This document shows positions 15,001-29,431 of a DNA stretch of 64,000 nt, in pieces. The stretch is taken from the NCBI GenBank assembly GCA_964016885.1, contig OZ024741.1:401450001-401514000 (forward strand). The letters run 5' to 3'. The notes beneath the pieces were generated by a model. It was not told the origin of the DNA. It ran no database searches and saw only the letters and a list, made by a program, of their open reading frames with translations. Each line of letters opens with the position of its first letter. Position 1 is the first letter of the stretch. The stretch is from Eledone cirrhosa (lineage: Eukaryota). A program made the position numbers and the translations under genes.

Positions 15001-18000
15001 TTTGACAACATCCCATGACCCCTGTTCAATAGTTTGATGACATCCCATAACCCCAGTTCAATAGTTTGACAACATCACATGATCCCTGTTAAATAGTTTC
15101 ATGACATCCCATAACCCCAGTTCAATAGTTTGACAACATCCCATAAACCTAGTTCAATAGTTTAATGACATCCCATGACCCCCAGTTCAATAGTTTGCCA
15201 ACATCACATAACCCCAGTTAAATAGTTTGACAACATCCCATAGCCCTAGGTCAATAGTTTAATGACATCCCATGAACCCAGTTCAATAGTTTGACAACAT
15301 CCCATAACCCTAGTTTAATAGTTTAATGACATACCATGACCCCAGTTCAATAGTTTGACAACATCACATGACCCCAGTGCAATAGTTTGATAACATACCA
15401 TAATCCTAGTTCAATAGTTTAATGACATCCCATAACTCCAGTTCAATAGTTATTGAGAACCCGTGACCCCAGTTCAATAGTTTAACGACCTCCCATGACA
15501 CCTGTTCAATAGTTTAATGACATCACATGACCCCAGTTCAATAGTTTGACAACATCCCATGACCCCTGTTCAATAGTTTGATGACATCCCATGAGCCCAG
15601 TTCAATGGTTTAATGACATTCCATAACTCCATTTCAATAGTTTAATAACATCCCATGACCCCAGTTCAGTATTTTAATGACATCCCATGACCCCTGTTCA
15701 ATAGTTTAATGCCATCCTATGACCCCGGTTCAATAGTTTGATGACATCCCATGACCCCAGTTCAATAGTTTAATGACATCCCATAACTCCAGTTCAATAG
15801 TTTGACAACATCCCATAACCTTAGTTCAATAGTTAATGACACCCCATGACCTCAGTTCAATAGTTTGACAACATCACATGACCCTTGTTCAATAGTTTGA
15901 TGACATCCCATAACCCCAGTTCAATAGTTTAATGACATGCCATAACCCCAGTTCAATAGTTTAATGACATGCCATGACCCCAGTTCAATAGTTTGACAAC
16001 ATCCCATTACCCTAGTTCAATAGTTTAATGACATCCCATGAGCCCAATTCAATAGTTTGACAACATCCCATGACCCCAGTTCAATAGTTTAATGACATCC
16101 TATGACCCCAGTTCAATAGTTTGACAACATCCCATGACCCCTGTTCAATAGTTTGATGACATCGCATGAGCCCAGTTCAATGGTTTGACAACATCCCATG
16201 ACCCCTGTTCCATAGTTTGAGGACAACCCATAACCCCAGTTCAATAGTTTGACAACAACCCATAGCCCTAGTTCAATAGTTTATTGACATCCCATGACGC
16301 CAGTTCAAAAGTTTAATGACATCCCATTACCCTGTTCAATAGTTTGATAACATCCCATAACCCTAGTTCAATAGATTGACATAATCCCATAACCCCAGTT
16401 CAATAGTTAAATGACATCCCATAACTCCAGTTCAATAGTTTGACTACATCCCATGACCCCAGTTCAATAGTTTAATGACATCCCATGAAATCAGTTCAAT
16501 AGTTTTACAACATCACATGACCCCAGTTCAATAGTTGGACAGCATCCCATGACCCCAGTTCAATAGTTTGAAAACATCGCATGACAACAGTTCAATAATT
16601 TGACAACATCCCATAACCCTAGTTCGATAGTTTAATGACATCCCATGACCCCAGTTCAATAGTTTGACAACATCCTATAACCCTAGTTCAATAGTTTGTT
16701 GACATCCCATAAACCCAGTTCAATAGTTTGACAACATCCCACAACCCTAGTTCAATAGGTTAATGACATCCCATGACCCCAGTTCAATAGTTTCACAACA
16801 TCACATGACTCCAGTTCAATAGTTTGACAACATCACATGACCCCAGTTCAATAGTTTAATGACACCACATGACCCCAGTCCAATAGTTTGATGACATACC
16901 ATAACCCCAGTTCAATAGTTTGATGACATCCCACAACCCCAGTTCAATTGTTTAATGAGATCCCATGACCCCAGTTCATTAGTTTAATTACATCCCATGA
17001 CCCCAGTTCAATAGTTTAAGGACATCTCATGACCCCAGTTCAATAGTTTGACAACATCCTATGACCACTGTTCAATAGTTTGATGACATCCCATTACCCC
17101 AGTTCAATAGTTTGACAACATCCCATGACCCCTGTTCAATAGTTTGATGACATCCCATAACCCCAGTTCAATAGTTTGACAACATCACATGATCCCTGTT
17201 AAATAGTTTCATGACATCCCATAACCCCAGTTCAATAGTTTGACAACATCCCATAAACCTAGTTCAATAGTTTAATGACATCCCATGACCCCCAGTTAAA
17301 TAGTTTGCCAACATCACATAACCCCAGTTAAATAGTTTGACAACATCCCATAGCCCTAGGTCAATAGTTTAATGACATCCCATGAACCCAGTTCAATAGT
17401 TTGACAACATCCCATAACCCTAGTTTAATAGTTTAATGACATACCATGACCCCAGTTCAATAGTTTGACAACATCACATGACCCCAGTGCAATAGTTTGA
17501 TAACATACCATAACCCTAGTTCAATAGTTTAATGACATCCCATAACTCCAGTTCAATAGTTATTGAGAACCCGTGACCCCAGTTCAATAGTTTAACGACC
17601 TCCCATGACACCTGTTCAATAGTTTAATGACATCACATGACCCCAGTTCAATAGTTTGACAACATCCCATGACCCCTGTTCAATAGTTTGATGACATCCC
17701 ATGAGCCCAGTTCAATGGTTTAATGACATCCCATAACTCCATTTCAATATTTTAATGACATCCCATGACTCCAGTTCAATATTTTAATGACATCCCATGA
17801 CCCCGGTTCAATAGTTTGATGACATCCCATGACCCCAGTTCAATAGTTTAATGACATCCCATAATTCCAGTTCAATAGTTTGACAACATCCCATAACCCT
17901 AGTTCAATAGTTAATGACATCCCATGACCTCAGTTCAAATAGTTTGACAACATCACATGACCCCAGTTCAATAGTTTGACAACATCACTTACCCCAGTCC

Positions 18001-21000
18001 AATAGTTTGATGACATACCATAACCACAGTTCAATAGTTTGACAACAACCCATAGCCCTAGTTCAATAGTTTAATGACATCCCATGACGCCAGTTCAAAA
18101 TTTTAATGACATCCCATAACCCTGTTCAATAGTTTGATAACATCCCATAACCCTAATTCAATAGATTGACATCATCCCATAACCCCAGTTAAAAAGTTTG
18201 ACAACATCCCATAACCCCAGTTCAATAGTTTAATGACATCAAATGACCCCAGTTAAAAAGTTTGACAACATCCCATAATCACAGTTCAATAGTTTAATGA
18301 CATCGCATGACCCCAGTTCAATAGTTTGATGACATCCCATATACCCCAGTTCAATAGTTTGACAACATCCCATAACCCCTGTTCAATAGTTTAATGACAG
18401 ACCATGACCCGAGTTCAATAGTTTGACAACATCCCATAACCCTAGTTTAATAGTTGAATGACATCCCATGACCCCAGTTTAATTGTTTGACAACATCACA
18501 TAACCCCAGTTCAATAGTTTGATGACATCCCATAACCCCAGTTTAATAGATTGATAACATCCCATAACCCTAGTTCAATAGTTTAATGATATCCCATAAC
18601 CCCAGTTGAATAGTTTAATGACATCCCATGACTACAGTTCGATAGTTTAATGACATCCTATGACACCTGTTCAATAGTTTATTGACATCCCATGAGCCCA
18701 GTTCATTAGTGTGACAACATCCATTGACCCCAGTTCAATAGTTTAATGACATCCCATAACCCCAGTTCAATAGTTTGACAACATTACATGACCCCTGTTC
18801 AATAGTTTGATGACATCCCATAACCCCAGTTCAATAGTTCGATAACATCCCATGACCCCAGTTCAATAGTTTAATTACATCCCATAACCCCAGTTCAACA
18901 GTTTGACAACATCCCATAACCCCAGTTCAATAGTTCGATAACATCCCATGACCCCAGTTCAATAGTTTAATTACATCCCATAACCCCAGTTCAATAGTTT
19001 GACAACATCCCACAACCCTAGTTCAATAGGTTAATGACATCCCATGACCCCAGTTCAATAGTTTGACAACATCACATGACTCCTGTTCAATAGTTTGACA
19101 ATAACCCATAACCCTAGTTCAATATTTTAATGACATCCCATGAAACCAGTTCAATAGTTTGACAACATCCCATAACCCTAGTTCAATAGTTTAATGACAT
19201 CCCATGACGCCATTTCAATAGTTTGACAACATCACATGACCCCAGTTCAATAGTTTAATGACATCCAATGACCCCTGTACAATAGTTTGATGAGATCCCA
19301 TAACCCCAGTTCAATAGTTTGACAACATCCCATGACCCCTGTTCAATAGATTTATGACATCCCATGAACCCAGTTTAGTAGTTTGATGACATACCATAAC
19401 CCCAGTTCAATAGTTTGATGACATCCCACAACCCCAGTTCAATTGTTTAATGAGATCCCATGACCCCAGTTCAATAGTTTAATTACATCCCATGACCCCA
19501 GTTCAATAGTTTAATGACATCCCATGACACCAGTTCAATAGTTTGACAACATCCCATAACCCTAGTTCAATAGTTTGAAAACATCGCATGACAACAGTTC
19601 AATAATTTGACAACATCCCATAACCCTAGTTCGATAGTTTAATGACATCCCATGACCCTAGTTCAATAGTTTGACAACATCCCATAACCCTAGTACAATA
19701 GTTTGATGACATTCCATAAACCCAGTTCAATAGTTTGACAACATCCCACAACCCTAGTTCAATAGGTTAATGACATCCCATGACCCCAGTTCAATAGTTT
19801 GACAACATCACATGACCCCAGTTCAATAGATTAATGACATCACATGACCCCAGTCCAATAGTTTGATGACATCCCACAACCCCAGTTCAATTGTTTAATG
19901 AGATCCCATGACCCCAGTTCATTAGTTTACTTACATCCCATGACCCAGTTCAATAGTTTAAGGACATCTCATGACCCCAGTTCAGTAGTTTGACAACATC
20001 CTATGACCCCTGTTCAATAGTTTTATGACATCCCATTACCCCAGTTCAATAGTTTGACAACATCACATGATCCCTGTTAAATAGTTTCATGACATCCCAT
20101 AACCCCAGTTCAATAGTTTGACAACATCCCATAAACCTAGTTCAATAGTTTAATGACATCCCGTGACCCCAGTTCAATAGTTTGCCAACATCACATAACC
20201 CCAGTTCAATAGTTTGACAACATCCCATAGCCCTAGGTCAATAGTTTAATGACATCCCATGAACCCAGTTCAATAGTTTGACAACATCCCATAACCCTAG
20301 TTTAATAGTTTAATGACATACCATGACCCCAGTTCAATAGTTTGACAACACCACATGACCCCAGTGCAATAGTTTGATAACATCCCATAACCCTAGTTCA
20401 ATAGTTTAATAACATCCCATAACTCCAGTTCAATAGTTATTGAGAACCCATGACCCCAGTTCAATAGTTTAACGACATCCCATTACACCTGTTCCAAAGT
20501 TTAATGACATCACATGACCCCAGTTCAATAGTTTGACAACATCCCATGACCCCTGTTCAATAGTTTGATGACATCCCATGAGCCCAGTTCAATGGTTTAA
20601 TGACATCCCATAACTCCATTTCAATAGTTTAATGACATCCCATGACCCCAGTTCAATATTTTAATGACATCCCATGACCCCTGTTCAATAGTTTAATGCC
20701 ATCCCATGACCCCGGTTCAATAGTTTGATGACATCCCATGACCCCAGTTCAATAGTTTAATGACATCCCATAACTCCAGTAAAATAGTTTGACAACATCC
20801 CATAACCCTAGTTCAATAGTTAATGACACCCCATGACCTCAGTTCAATAGTTTGACAACATCACATGACCCCTGTTCAATAGTTTGATGACATCCCATGA
20901 CCCCAGTTCAATAGTTTGACAACATCCCATAACCCTAGTTCAATAGTTTAATGACATCCCATTACACCTGTTCTATAGTTTAATGACATCACATGACCCC

Positions 21001-24000
21001 AGTTCAATAATTTGACAACATCCCATGACCCCTGTTCAATAGTTTGATGACATCCCATGAGCCCAGTTCAATGGTTTAATGACATCCCATAACTCCTTTT
21101 CAATAGTTTAATGACATCCCATGACCCCAGTTCAATATTTTAATGACATCCCATGACCCCTGTTCAATAGTTTAATGCCATCCCATGACCCCGGTTCAAT
21201 AGTTTGATGACATCCCATGACCCCAGTTCAATAGTTTAATGACATCCCATAACTCCAGTTCAATAGTTTGACAAAATCCCAAAACCCTAGTTCAATAGTT
21301 AATGACACCCCATGACCTCAGTTCAATAGTTTGACAACATCACATAACCCTTGTTCGATAGTTTAATGACATCCCATGACCCCAGTTCAATAGTTTGACA
21401 ACATCCCATAACCCTAGTTCAATAGTTTGTTGACATCCCATAAACCCAGTTCAATAGTTTGACAACATCCCACAACCCTAGTTCAATAGGTTAATGACAT
21501 CCCATGACCCCAGTTCAATAGTTTCACAACATCACATGACTCCAGTTCAATAGTTTGACAACATCACATGACCCCAGTTCAATAGTTTAATGACACCACA
21601 TGACCCCAGTCCAATAGTTTGATGACATACCATAACCCCAGTTCAATAGTTTGATGACATCCCACAACCCCAGTTCAATTGTTTAATGAGATCCCATGAC
21701 CCCAGTTCATTAGTTTAATTACATCCCATGACTCCAGTTCAATAGTTTGACAACATCCTATGACCACTGTTCAATAGTTTGATGACATCCCATTACCCCA
21801 GTTCAATAGTTTGACAACATCCCATGACCCCTGTTCAATAGTTTGACAACATCACATGATCCCTGTTAAATAGTTTCATGACATCCCATAACCCCAGTTC
21901 AATAGTTTGACAACATCCCATAAACCTAGTTCAATAGTTTAATGACATCCCATGACCCCAGTTCAATAGTTTTCCAACATCACATAACCCCAGTTCAATA
22001 GTTTGACAACATCCCATAGCCCTAGGTCAATAGTTTAATGACATCCCATGAACCCAGTTCAATAGTTTGACAACATCCCATAACCCTAGTTTAATAGTTT
22101 AATGACATACCATGACCCCAGTTCAATAGTTTGACAACATCACATGACCCCAGTGCAATAGTTTGGTAACATCCCATAACCCTAGTTCAATAGTTTAATG
22201 ACATCCCATAACTCCAGTTCAATAGTTATTGAGAACCCGTGACCCCAGTTCAATAGTTTAACGACATCCCATTACACCTGTTCTATAGTTTAATGACATC
22301 ACATGACCCCAGTTCAATAGTTTGACAACATCCCATGACCCCTGTTCAATAGTTTGATAACATCCCATGAGCCCAGTTCAATGGTTTAATGACATCCCAT
22401 AACTCCATTTCAATAGTTTAATGACATCCCATGACCCCTGTTCAATAGTTTAATGCCATCCCATGACCCCAGTTCAATAGTTTGATGACATCCCATGACC
22501 CCAGTTCAATAGTTTAATGACATCCCATAACTCCAGTTCAATAGTTTGACAACATCCCATAACCCTAGTTCAATAGTTAATGACACCCCATGACCTCAGT
22601 TCAATAGTTTGACAACATCACATGACCCCTGTTCAATAGTTTGATGACATCCCATAACCCCAGTTCAATAGTTTAATGACATGCCATAACCCCAGTTCAA
22701 TAGTTTAATGACATGCCATGACCCCAGTTCAATAGTTTGACAACATCCCATAACCCTAGTTCAATAGTTTAATGACATCCCATTACACCTGTTCTATAGT
22801 TTAATGACATCCCATAACTCCATTTCAATAGTTTAATGACATCCCATGACCTCAGTTCAATATTTTAATGACATCCCATGACCCCTGTTCAATAGTTTAA
22901 TGCCATCCCATGACCCAGGTTCAAAAGTTTAATGACATCCCATGACCCCAGTTCAATCGTTTAATGACATCCCATAACTCCAGTTCAATAGTTTGACAAC
23001 ATCCCATAACCCTAGTTCAATAGTTAATGACACCCCATGACCTCTGTTCAATAGTTTGACAACATCACATGACCCTTATTCAATAGTTTGATGACATCCC
23101 ATAACCCCAGTTCAATAGTTTAATGACATGCCATAACCCCAGTTCAATAGTTTAATGACATGCCATGACCCCAGTTGAATAGTTTGACAACATCTCATAA
23201 CCCTAGTTCAATAGTTTAATGACATCCTATGACCCCAGTTTAATAGTTTGACAACATCCCATGACCCCTGTTCAATAGTTTGATGACATCGCATGAGCCC
23301 AGTTCAATGGTTTGACAACATCCCATGAGCCCTGTTCAATAGTTTGATGACAACCCATAACCCCAGTTCAATAGGTTGACAACAACCCATAGCCCTAGTT
23401 CAATAGTTTAATGACATCCCATGACCCCAGTTCAAAAGTTTAATGACATCCCATAACCCTGTTCAATAGTTTGATAACATTCCATAACCCTAGTTCAATA
23501 GATTGACATCATCCCATAACTCCAGTTCAATAGTTTGACTACATCCCATGACCCCAGTTCAATAGTTTAATGACATCCCATGAAATCAGTTCAATAGTTT
23601 TACAACATCACATGACCCCAGTTCAATAGTTGGACAGCATCCCATGACCCCAGTTCAATAGTTTAATGACATCCCATGACCCCAGTTCAATAGTTTGAAA
23701 ACATCGCATGACAACAGTTCAATAATTTGACAACATCCCATAACCCTAGTTCGATAGTTTAATGACATCCCATGACCCCAGTTCAATAGTTTGACAACAT
23801 CCCATAACCCTAGTTCAATAGTTTGTTGGCATCCCATAAACCCAGTTCAATAGTTTGACAACATCCCACAAACCTAGTTCAATAGGTTAATGACATCCCA
23901 TGACCCCAGTTCAATAGTTTGACAACATCACATGACTCCAGTTCAATAGTTTGACAACATCACATGACCCCAGTTCAATAGTTTAATGAGACCACATGAC

Positions 24001-27000
24001 CCCAGTCCAATAGTTTGATGACATACCATAACCCCAGTTCAATAGTTTGATGACATCCCACAACCCCAGTTCAATTGTTTAATGAGATCCCATGACCCCA
24101 GTTCATTAGTTTAATTACATCCCATGACCCCAGTTCAATAGTTTGACAACATCCTATGACCACTGTTCAATAGTTTGATGACATCCCATTACCCCAGTTC
24201 AATAGTTTGACAACATCCCATAAACCTAGTTCAATAGTTTAATGACATCCCATGACCCCAGTTCAATAGTTTGCCAACATCACATAACCCCGGTTCAATA
24301 GTTTGACAACATCCCATAGCCCTAGGTCAATAGTTTAATGACATCCCATGAACCCAGTTCAATAGTTTGACAACATCCCATAACCCTAGTTTAATAGTTT
24401 AATGACATACCATGACCCCAGTTCAATAGTTTGACAACATCACATGACCCCAGTGCAATAGTTTGATAACATCCCATAACCCTAGTTCAATAGTTTAATG
24501 ACATCCCATAACTCCAGTTCAATAGTTATTGAGAACCCGTGACCCCAGTTCAATAGTTTAACGACCTCCCGTGACACCTGTTCAATAGTTTATTATCACA
24601 TGACCCCAGTTCAATAGTTTGACAACATCCAATGACCCCTGTTCAATAGTTTGATGACATCCCATGAGCCCAGTTCAATGGTTTAATGACATCCCATAAC
24701 TCCATTTCAATATTTTAATGACATCCCATGACCCCAGTTCAATATTTTAATGACATCCCATGACCCCGGTTCAATAGTTTGATGACATCCCATGACCCCA
24801 GTTCAATAGTTTAATGACATCCCATAACTCCAGTTCAATAGTTTGACAACATCCCATAACCCTAGTTCAATAGTTAATTACATCCCATGACCTCAGTTCA
24901 ATAGTTTGACAACATCACATGACCCCTGTTCAATAGTTTGATGACATCCCATAACCCCAGTTCAATAGTTTAATGACATGCCATAACCCCAGTTCAATAG
25001 TTTAATGACATGCCATGACCCCAGTTCAATAGTTTGACAACATCCCATAACCCTAGTTCTATAGTTTTATGACATCCCATGAGCCCAATTCAATAGTTTG
25101 ACAACATCCCATGACCCCAGTTCAATAGTTTAATGACATCCTATGACCCCAGTTCAATAGTTTGACAACATCCCATGACCCCTGTTAAATAGTTTGATGA
25201 CATTGCATGAGCCCAGCTCAATGGTTTGACAACATCCCATGACCCCTGTTCAATAGTTTGATGACAACCCATAACCCCAGTTCAATAGTTTGACAACAAC
25301 CCATAGCCCTAGTTCAATAGTTTAATGACATCCCATGACGCCAGTTCAATAGTTTAATGAAATCCCATAACCCTGTTCAATAGTTTGATAACATCCTATA
25401 ACCCTAGTTCAATAGATTGACATCATCCCATAACCCCAGTTCAATAGTTAAATGACATCCCATAACTCCAGTTCAATAGTTTGACTACATCCCATGACCC
25501 CAGTTCAATAGTTTAATGACATCCCATGACATCAGTTCAATAGTTTGACAACATCACATGACCCCTGTTCAGTAGTTTGATGACATCCCATAACCCCAGT
25601 TCAATAGTTTGACAACATCCCATAACCCCTGTTCAATAGTTTAATGCCATCCCATGACCCCAGTTCAATAGTTTGACAACATCCCATAACCCCAGTTCAA
25701 TAGTTTAATGACATCCCATGACCCCAGTTCAATTGTTTGACAACATCCCATGACCCCAGTTCAATAGTTTGACAACATCCCATAATCCTAGGTCAATAGT
25801 TTAATGACATCCCATGAACCCAGTTCAATAGTTTGACAACATCCCATAACCCCTGTTCAATAGTTTAATGCCATCCCATGACCCCAGTTCAATAGTTTGA
25901 CAACATCCCATAACCCCTGTTCAATAGTTTAATGACATCCCATGACTCCAGTTCAATAGTTTGACAACATCCCATGACCCCAGTTCAATAGTTTGACAAC
26001 ATCCCATAATCCTAGGTCAATAGTTTAATGACATCCCATGAACCCAGTTCAATAGTTTGACAACATTCCATAACCCTAGTTTCATAGTTTAATGACATCC
26101 CATGACCCGAGTTCAATAGTTTGACAACATCACATGACCCCAGTTCAATAGTTTGATGACATCCCATAACCCCAGTTCAATAGTTTGATAACATCCCATA
26201 ACCTTGGTTCAATAGTTTAATGACATCCCATAACTCCATTTCAATAGTTTAATGACATCCCATGACCCCAGTTCAATATTTTAATGACATCCCATGACCC
26301 CTGTTCAATAGTTTAATGCCATCCCATGACCCCGGTTCAATAGTTTGATGACATCCCATGACCCCAGTTCAATAGTTTAATGACATCCCATAACTCCAGT
26401 TCAATAGTTTGACAACATCCCATAACCCTAGTTCAATAGTTAATTACATCCCATGACCTCAGTTCAATAGTTTGACAACATCCCATGACCCCAGTTCAAT
26501 AGTTTAATGACATCCTATGACCCCAGTTCAATAGTTTGACAACATCCCATGACCCCAGTTCAATAGTTTAATGACATCCCATAACCCCAGTTTAATAGTT
26601 TAATGACATCCCATGACCCCAGTTCAATAGTTCGACAACATCCCATGACCCCAGTTCAATAGTTTAATGACATCCCATAACCCCAGTTCAATAGTTTGAC
26701 AACATTCCATGACCCTAGTTCAATAGTTTGACAACATCCCATAACCCTAGTTAATGACATCCCATGACCCTAGTTCAATAGTTTGACAACATCCCATAAC
26801 CCTAGTTAATGACATCCCATGACCCCAGTTCAATAGTTTAATGACATGCCATGACCCCAGTTCAATAGCTTAATGACATGCCATGACCCCAGTTCAATAG
26901 TTTGACAACATCCCATGACCCCAGTTCAATAGTTTAATGACATCCTATGACCCCAGTTCAATAGTTTAATGACATCCCATGACGCCAGTTCAATAATTTA

Positions 27001-27020
27001 ATGACACCACATGACCCCAT
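1..27020. repeat. 32-bp tandem satellite array (~840 units, open at left edge)
   Basis: Consensus CATCCCAT(G/A)ACCC(C/T)AGTTCAATAGTTT(GACAA/AATGA/GATGA). The period is 32 (e.g. GACCCC at 541 and 573). The array ends abruptly at ~27020. Confidence 0.98.
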
Positions 27021-27409
27021 TTCTAATTGATATATATACATTTCTAATATATGTATATTTCTAATTATTGTATGTACATTTCTAATTGATATATATATAC
27101 ACTTCTAATTGATATATATCCATTTCTAATTGATATATCTATTTCTAATTGATATATATTTCTAATTGATATATATACACTTCTAATTGATATATATACA
27201 TTTGTATTTAATATATATGCACTTGTAATATATATATATATACATTTCTAATATATATATTTTTAATTGATATATATACATTTCTAATTGATATATATTC
27301 ACTTCTAATTGATATATATATACATTTCTTATACATATACATCCCTAATTGATATATATACACTTCTAATTAACATATAAACATTTCTAATTAATACATA
27401 TACTTCTAA

Positions 27410-27467
<58 letters not shown>

Positions 27468-27530
27468 TTTTTAAATGATATACATATAATTTCTAAATTT
27501 ATCTATATATATACTTTTCTAATTGATATA
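27020..27530. repeat. AT-rich ~20-25-bp minisatellite (TTTCTAATTGATATATATACA) with (TA)n
   Basis: TTTCTAATTGATATATA recurs. The motif resumes at ~28981-29075 after two inserted elements. Confidence 0.85.
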
Positions 27531-27532
27531 TA

Positions 27533-28075
27533 CGAGGTGTGTCAGAAAAGTTCCAGGACTGATGTCACAAAAGATTTATTTCAAACCCAAACTTCACACT
27601 AAGAGTTTTCTCTTTCAAAGTAATCCCCCTGGAGTCTAATGCACTTTTCCATCCTTTTCTGCCACGTTTGCATGCACCATCTGCCTGACGCGCTCAACGT
27701 TGACCTCAGTCCTGGTTGTTGAGGGCCTTCCGCTCCTGGGATCATCTTGCACGACTTAAAAACACGTGAGCGTGACATCATCTCATCTCCATACACTTGC
27801 TGCAGCAATCCCAGTGCTTCTGACGGAGTTTTCCCCAATCGTACCAGAAACTTCAAGTTTGTTCGTTGCTCTGTACTCATTGATTGCTTGACGACCTGAA
27901 ACAGAGGACTTGTATATAAAATTATGAAGAAAAAAGTTTGATCGTTGCAGAGAGCTAAGATTACAGTTACATACTCCAGGGGGATTACTTTGAAGGAGAA
28001 AACTCTTAGTGTGAAGTTTGGGTTTGAAATAAATCTATTGTGACATCAGTCCTAGAAATTTTCTGACACACCTCA
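27533..28075 (-). mobile_element. Internally deleted mariner (Tc1/mariner) element with 103-bp inverted ends
   Basis: TA flanks at 27531-32 and 28076-77. Inverted arms are 27533-27635 and 27973-28075. ORF 27599-27880 joins a mariner N-terminal HTH (EQRTNLKFLVRLGKTPSEALGLLQQVYGD) to the transposase C-terminus (WQKRMEKCIRLQGDYFE). Confidence 0.9.
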
Positions 28076-28098
28076 TATATATATATATATATATATAA

Positions 28099-28982
28099 AA
28101 TACAGTAGCCAGAGTCAGAATGGGATGGAAAAAGTTCAGAGAGCTTATACCACTATTGGCCACTAAAGGTTTCTCTCTAAAACTAAAAGGCAGACTGTAT
28201 GATGCCTGCATATGAACAGCTATGTTACATGGCAGTGAGACATGGGCATTGTGTGCAGAGGATCTGCGCAGACTGGAGAGGAACGAAGCATGCATGCTCC
28301 ACTGGATGTGTAATAGTAATATACATAAACAGCAAAGCATAAATGAACTAAGTGAGAAATTAGGTATAAGAGGGATCAGATGCTGTTTACTCGCGAGAAG
28401 ACTACGTTGGTATGGTCACGTGATGCGCATGAAAGACGACAGCTGTATAAAAAAGTGCAAGGCGATCAAAATTGACGGAAGTTACGGAGTAGGCAGACCC
28501 AGAAAAACCTGGGATGATTTGATAAATTCCAACTTTACACACTTACACCTCTCCAAGACAATGTCACTGGACCGAGATCTTTGGGGCTACACAGTAATAC
28601 AGAAGACTCGCCTTGCCTAAGTACAAAGCGAAACCTACTACAGTCAGTAGGCACCTCTTAATCAAAATATACACCCCATCTCACTACCCCACCCCACCCA
28701 CATCAACACCATCCCTTTCTCTGTAAAGTTATGTTGGTACCACAACATCCAGTCCGAAATAAATGAGGTTGTGTAGGTGTCACCACAAAAAAACACACAG
28801 TCCCACGCTGTAATGTGGCCGTGTAGGTAACACGATAAAAACCTTCCAGTCCACACTGTAAACGCGGTTGGTGTTAGGAAGGGCATCCAGCCGTAGAAAA
28901 CCTGCCAGATAGATAGTCCTATATGAGCGAGACACAGTCACCCGACCAATCTTGCCTCAAGTGGGACAATTCCTGTCTAAAC
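28099..28982 (+). mobile_element. 5'-truncated RTE-clade LINE (3' end of ORF plus 3' UTR)
   Basis: Co-linear with 42005-42970. Encodes MLHGSETWAL...RLRWYGHVMR...GRPRKTW, with a CGA>TGA stop near 28214. Confidence 0.92.
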
Positions 28983-29101
28983 ATTTATAACTAATATGTA
29001 TACATTTCTAATTAATATATTTAATTAATATATATACATTTCTGATATATATGTACACTTATATATATATATATATTTTATTTCTCAATCTATTTCTCTA
29101 G

Positions 29102-29410
29102 TCACGGATTGACAGTAATTTGATGTTGAAAATCTCTCTGATGTATTCCCAATGTCAAGAAATCTGGATGACTGATTTCAACTGTATCAATAGTTTCACA
29201 ATTAGCCACAATAACCATACTGTACATATACGTGGCAATAAAACTATAGTGAATGGAGCTAACTATAACACACGGTCTTATCATAATGAAGAGATAAGTG
29301 TTGTTCCAATTTCATCTCACTTCATACTTATTACAGCCAAAGGATTCCGTATATTATACAGTGAAGGTCAACAGATGTACATCCAACTTGATGACATTTA
29401 CAAAGATAAG
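29102..29410 (+). CDS. SCO-spondin/mucin-like gene, visible exon 1 (internal part of VWD domain)
   Basis: Pyrimidine tract plus AG at 29100-01, GT at 29411. 309 nt, phase 0-0. SRIDSNLMLKISL...GFRILYSEGQQMYIQLDDIYKDK continues into IQGLCGNFN. Confidence 0.85.
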
Positions 29411-29431
29411 GTATTTATAAATTATTTTATA

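Noticed and set aside
1-27020. CRISPR array, or coding repeat (60-aa ORFs on minus)
   Set aside because: Units are contiguous 32-mers with no unique spacers and no cas genes. 32 is not a multiple of 3, and the ORFs are chance stop-free runs.
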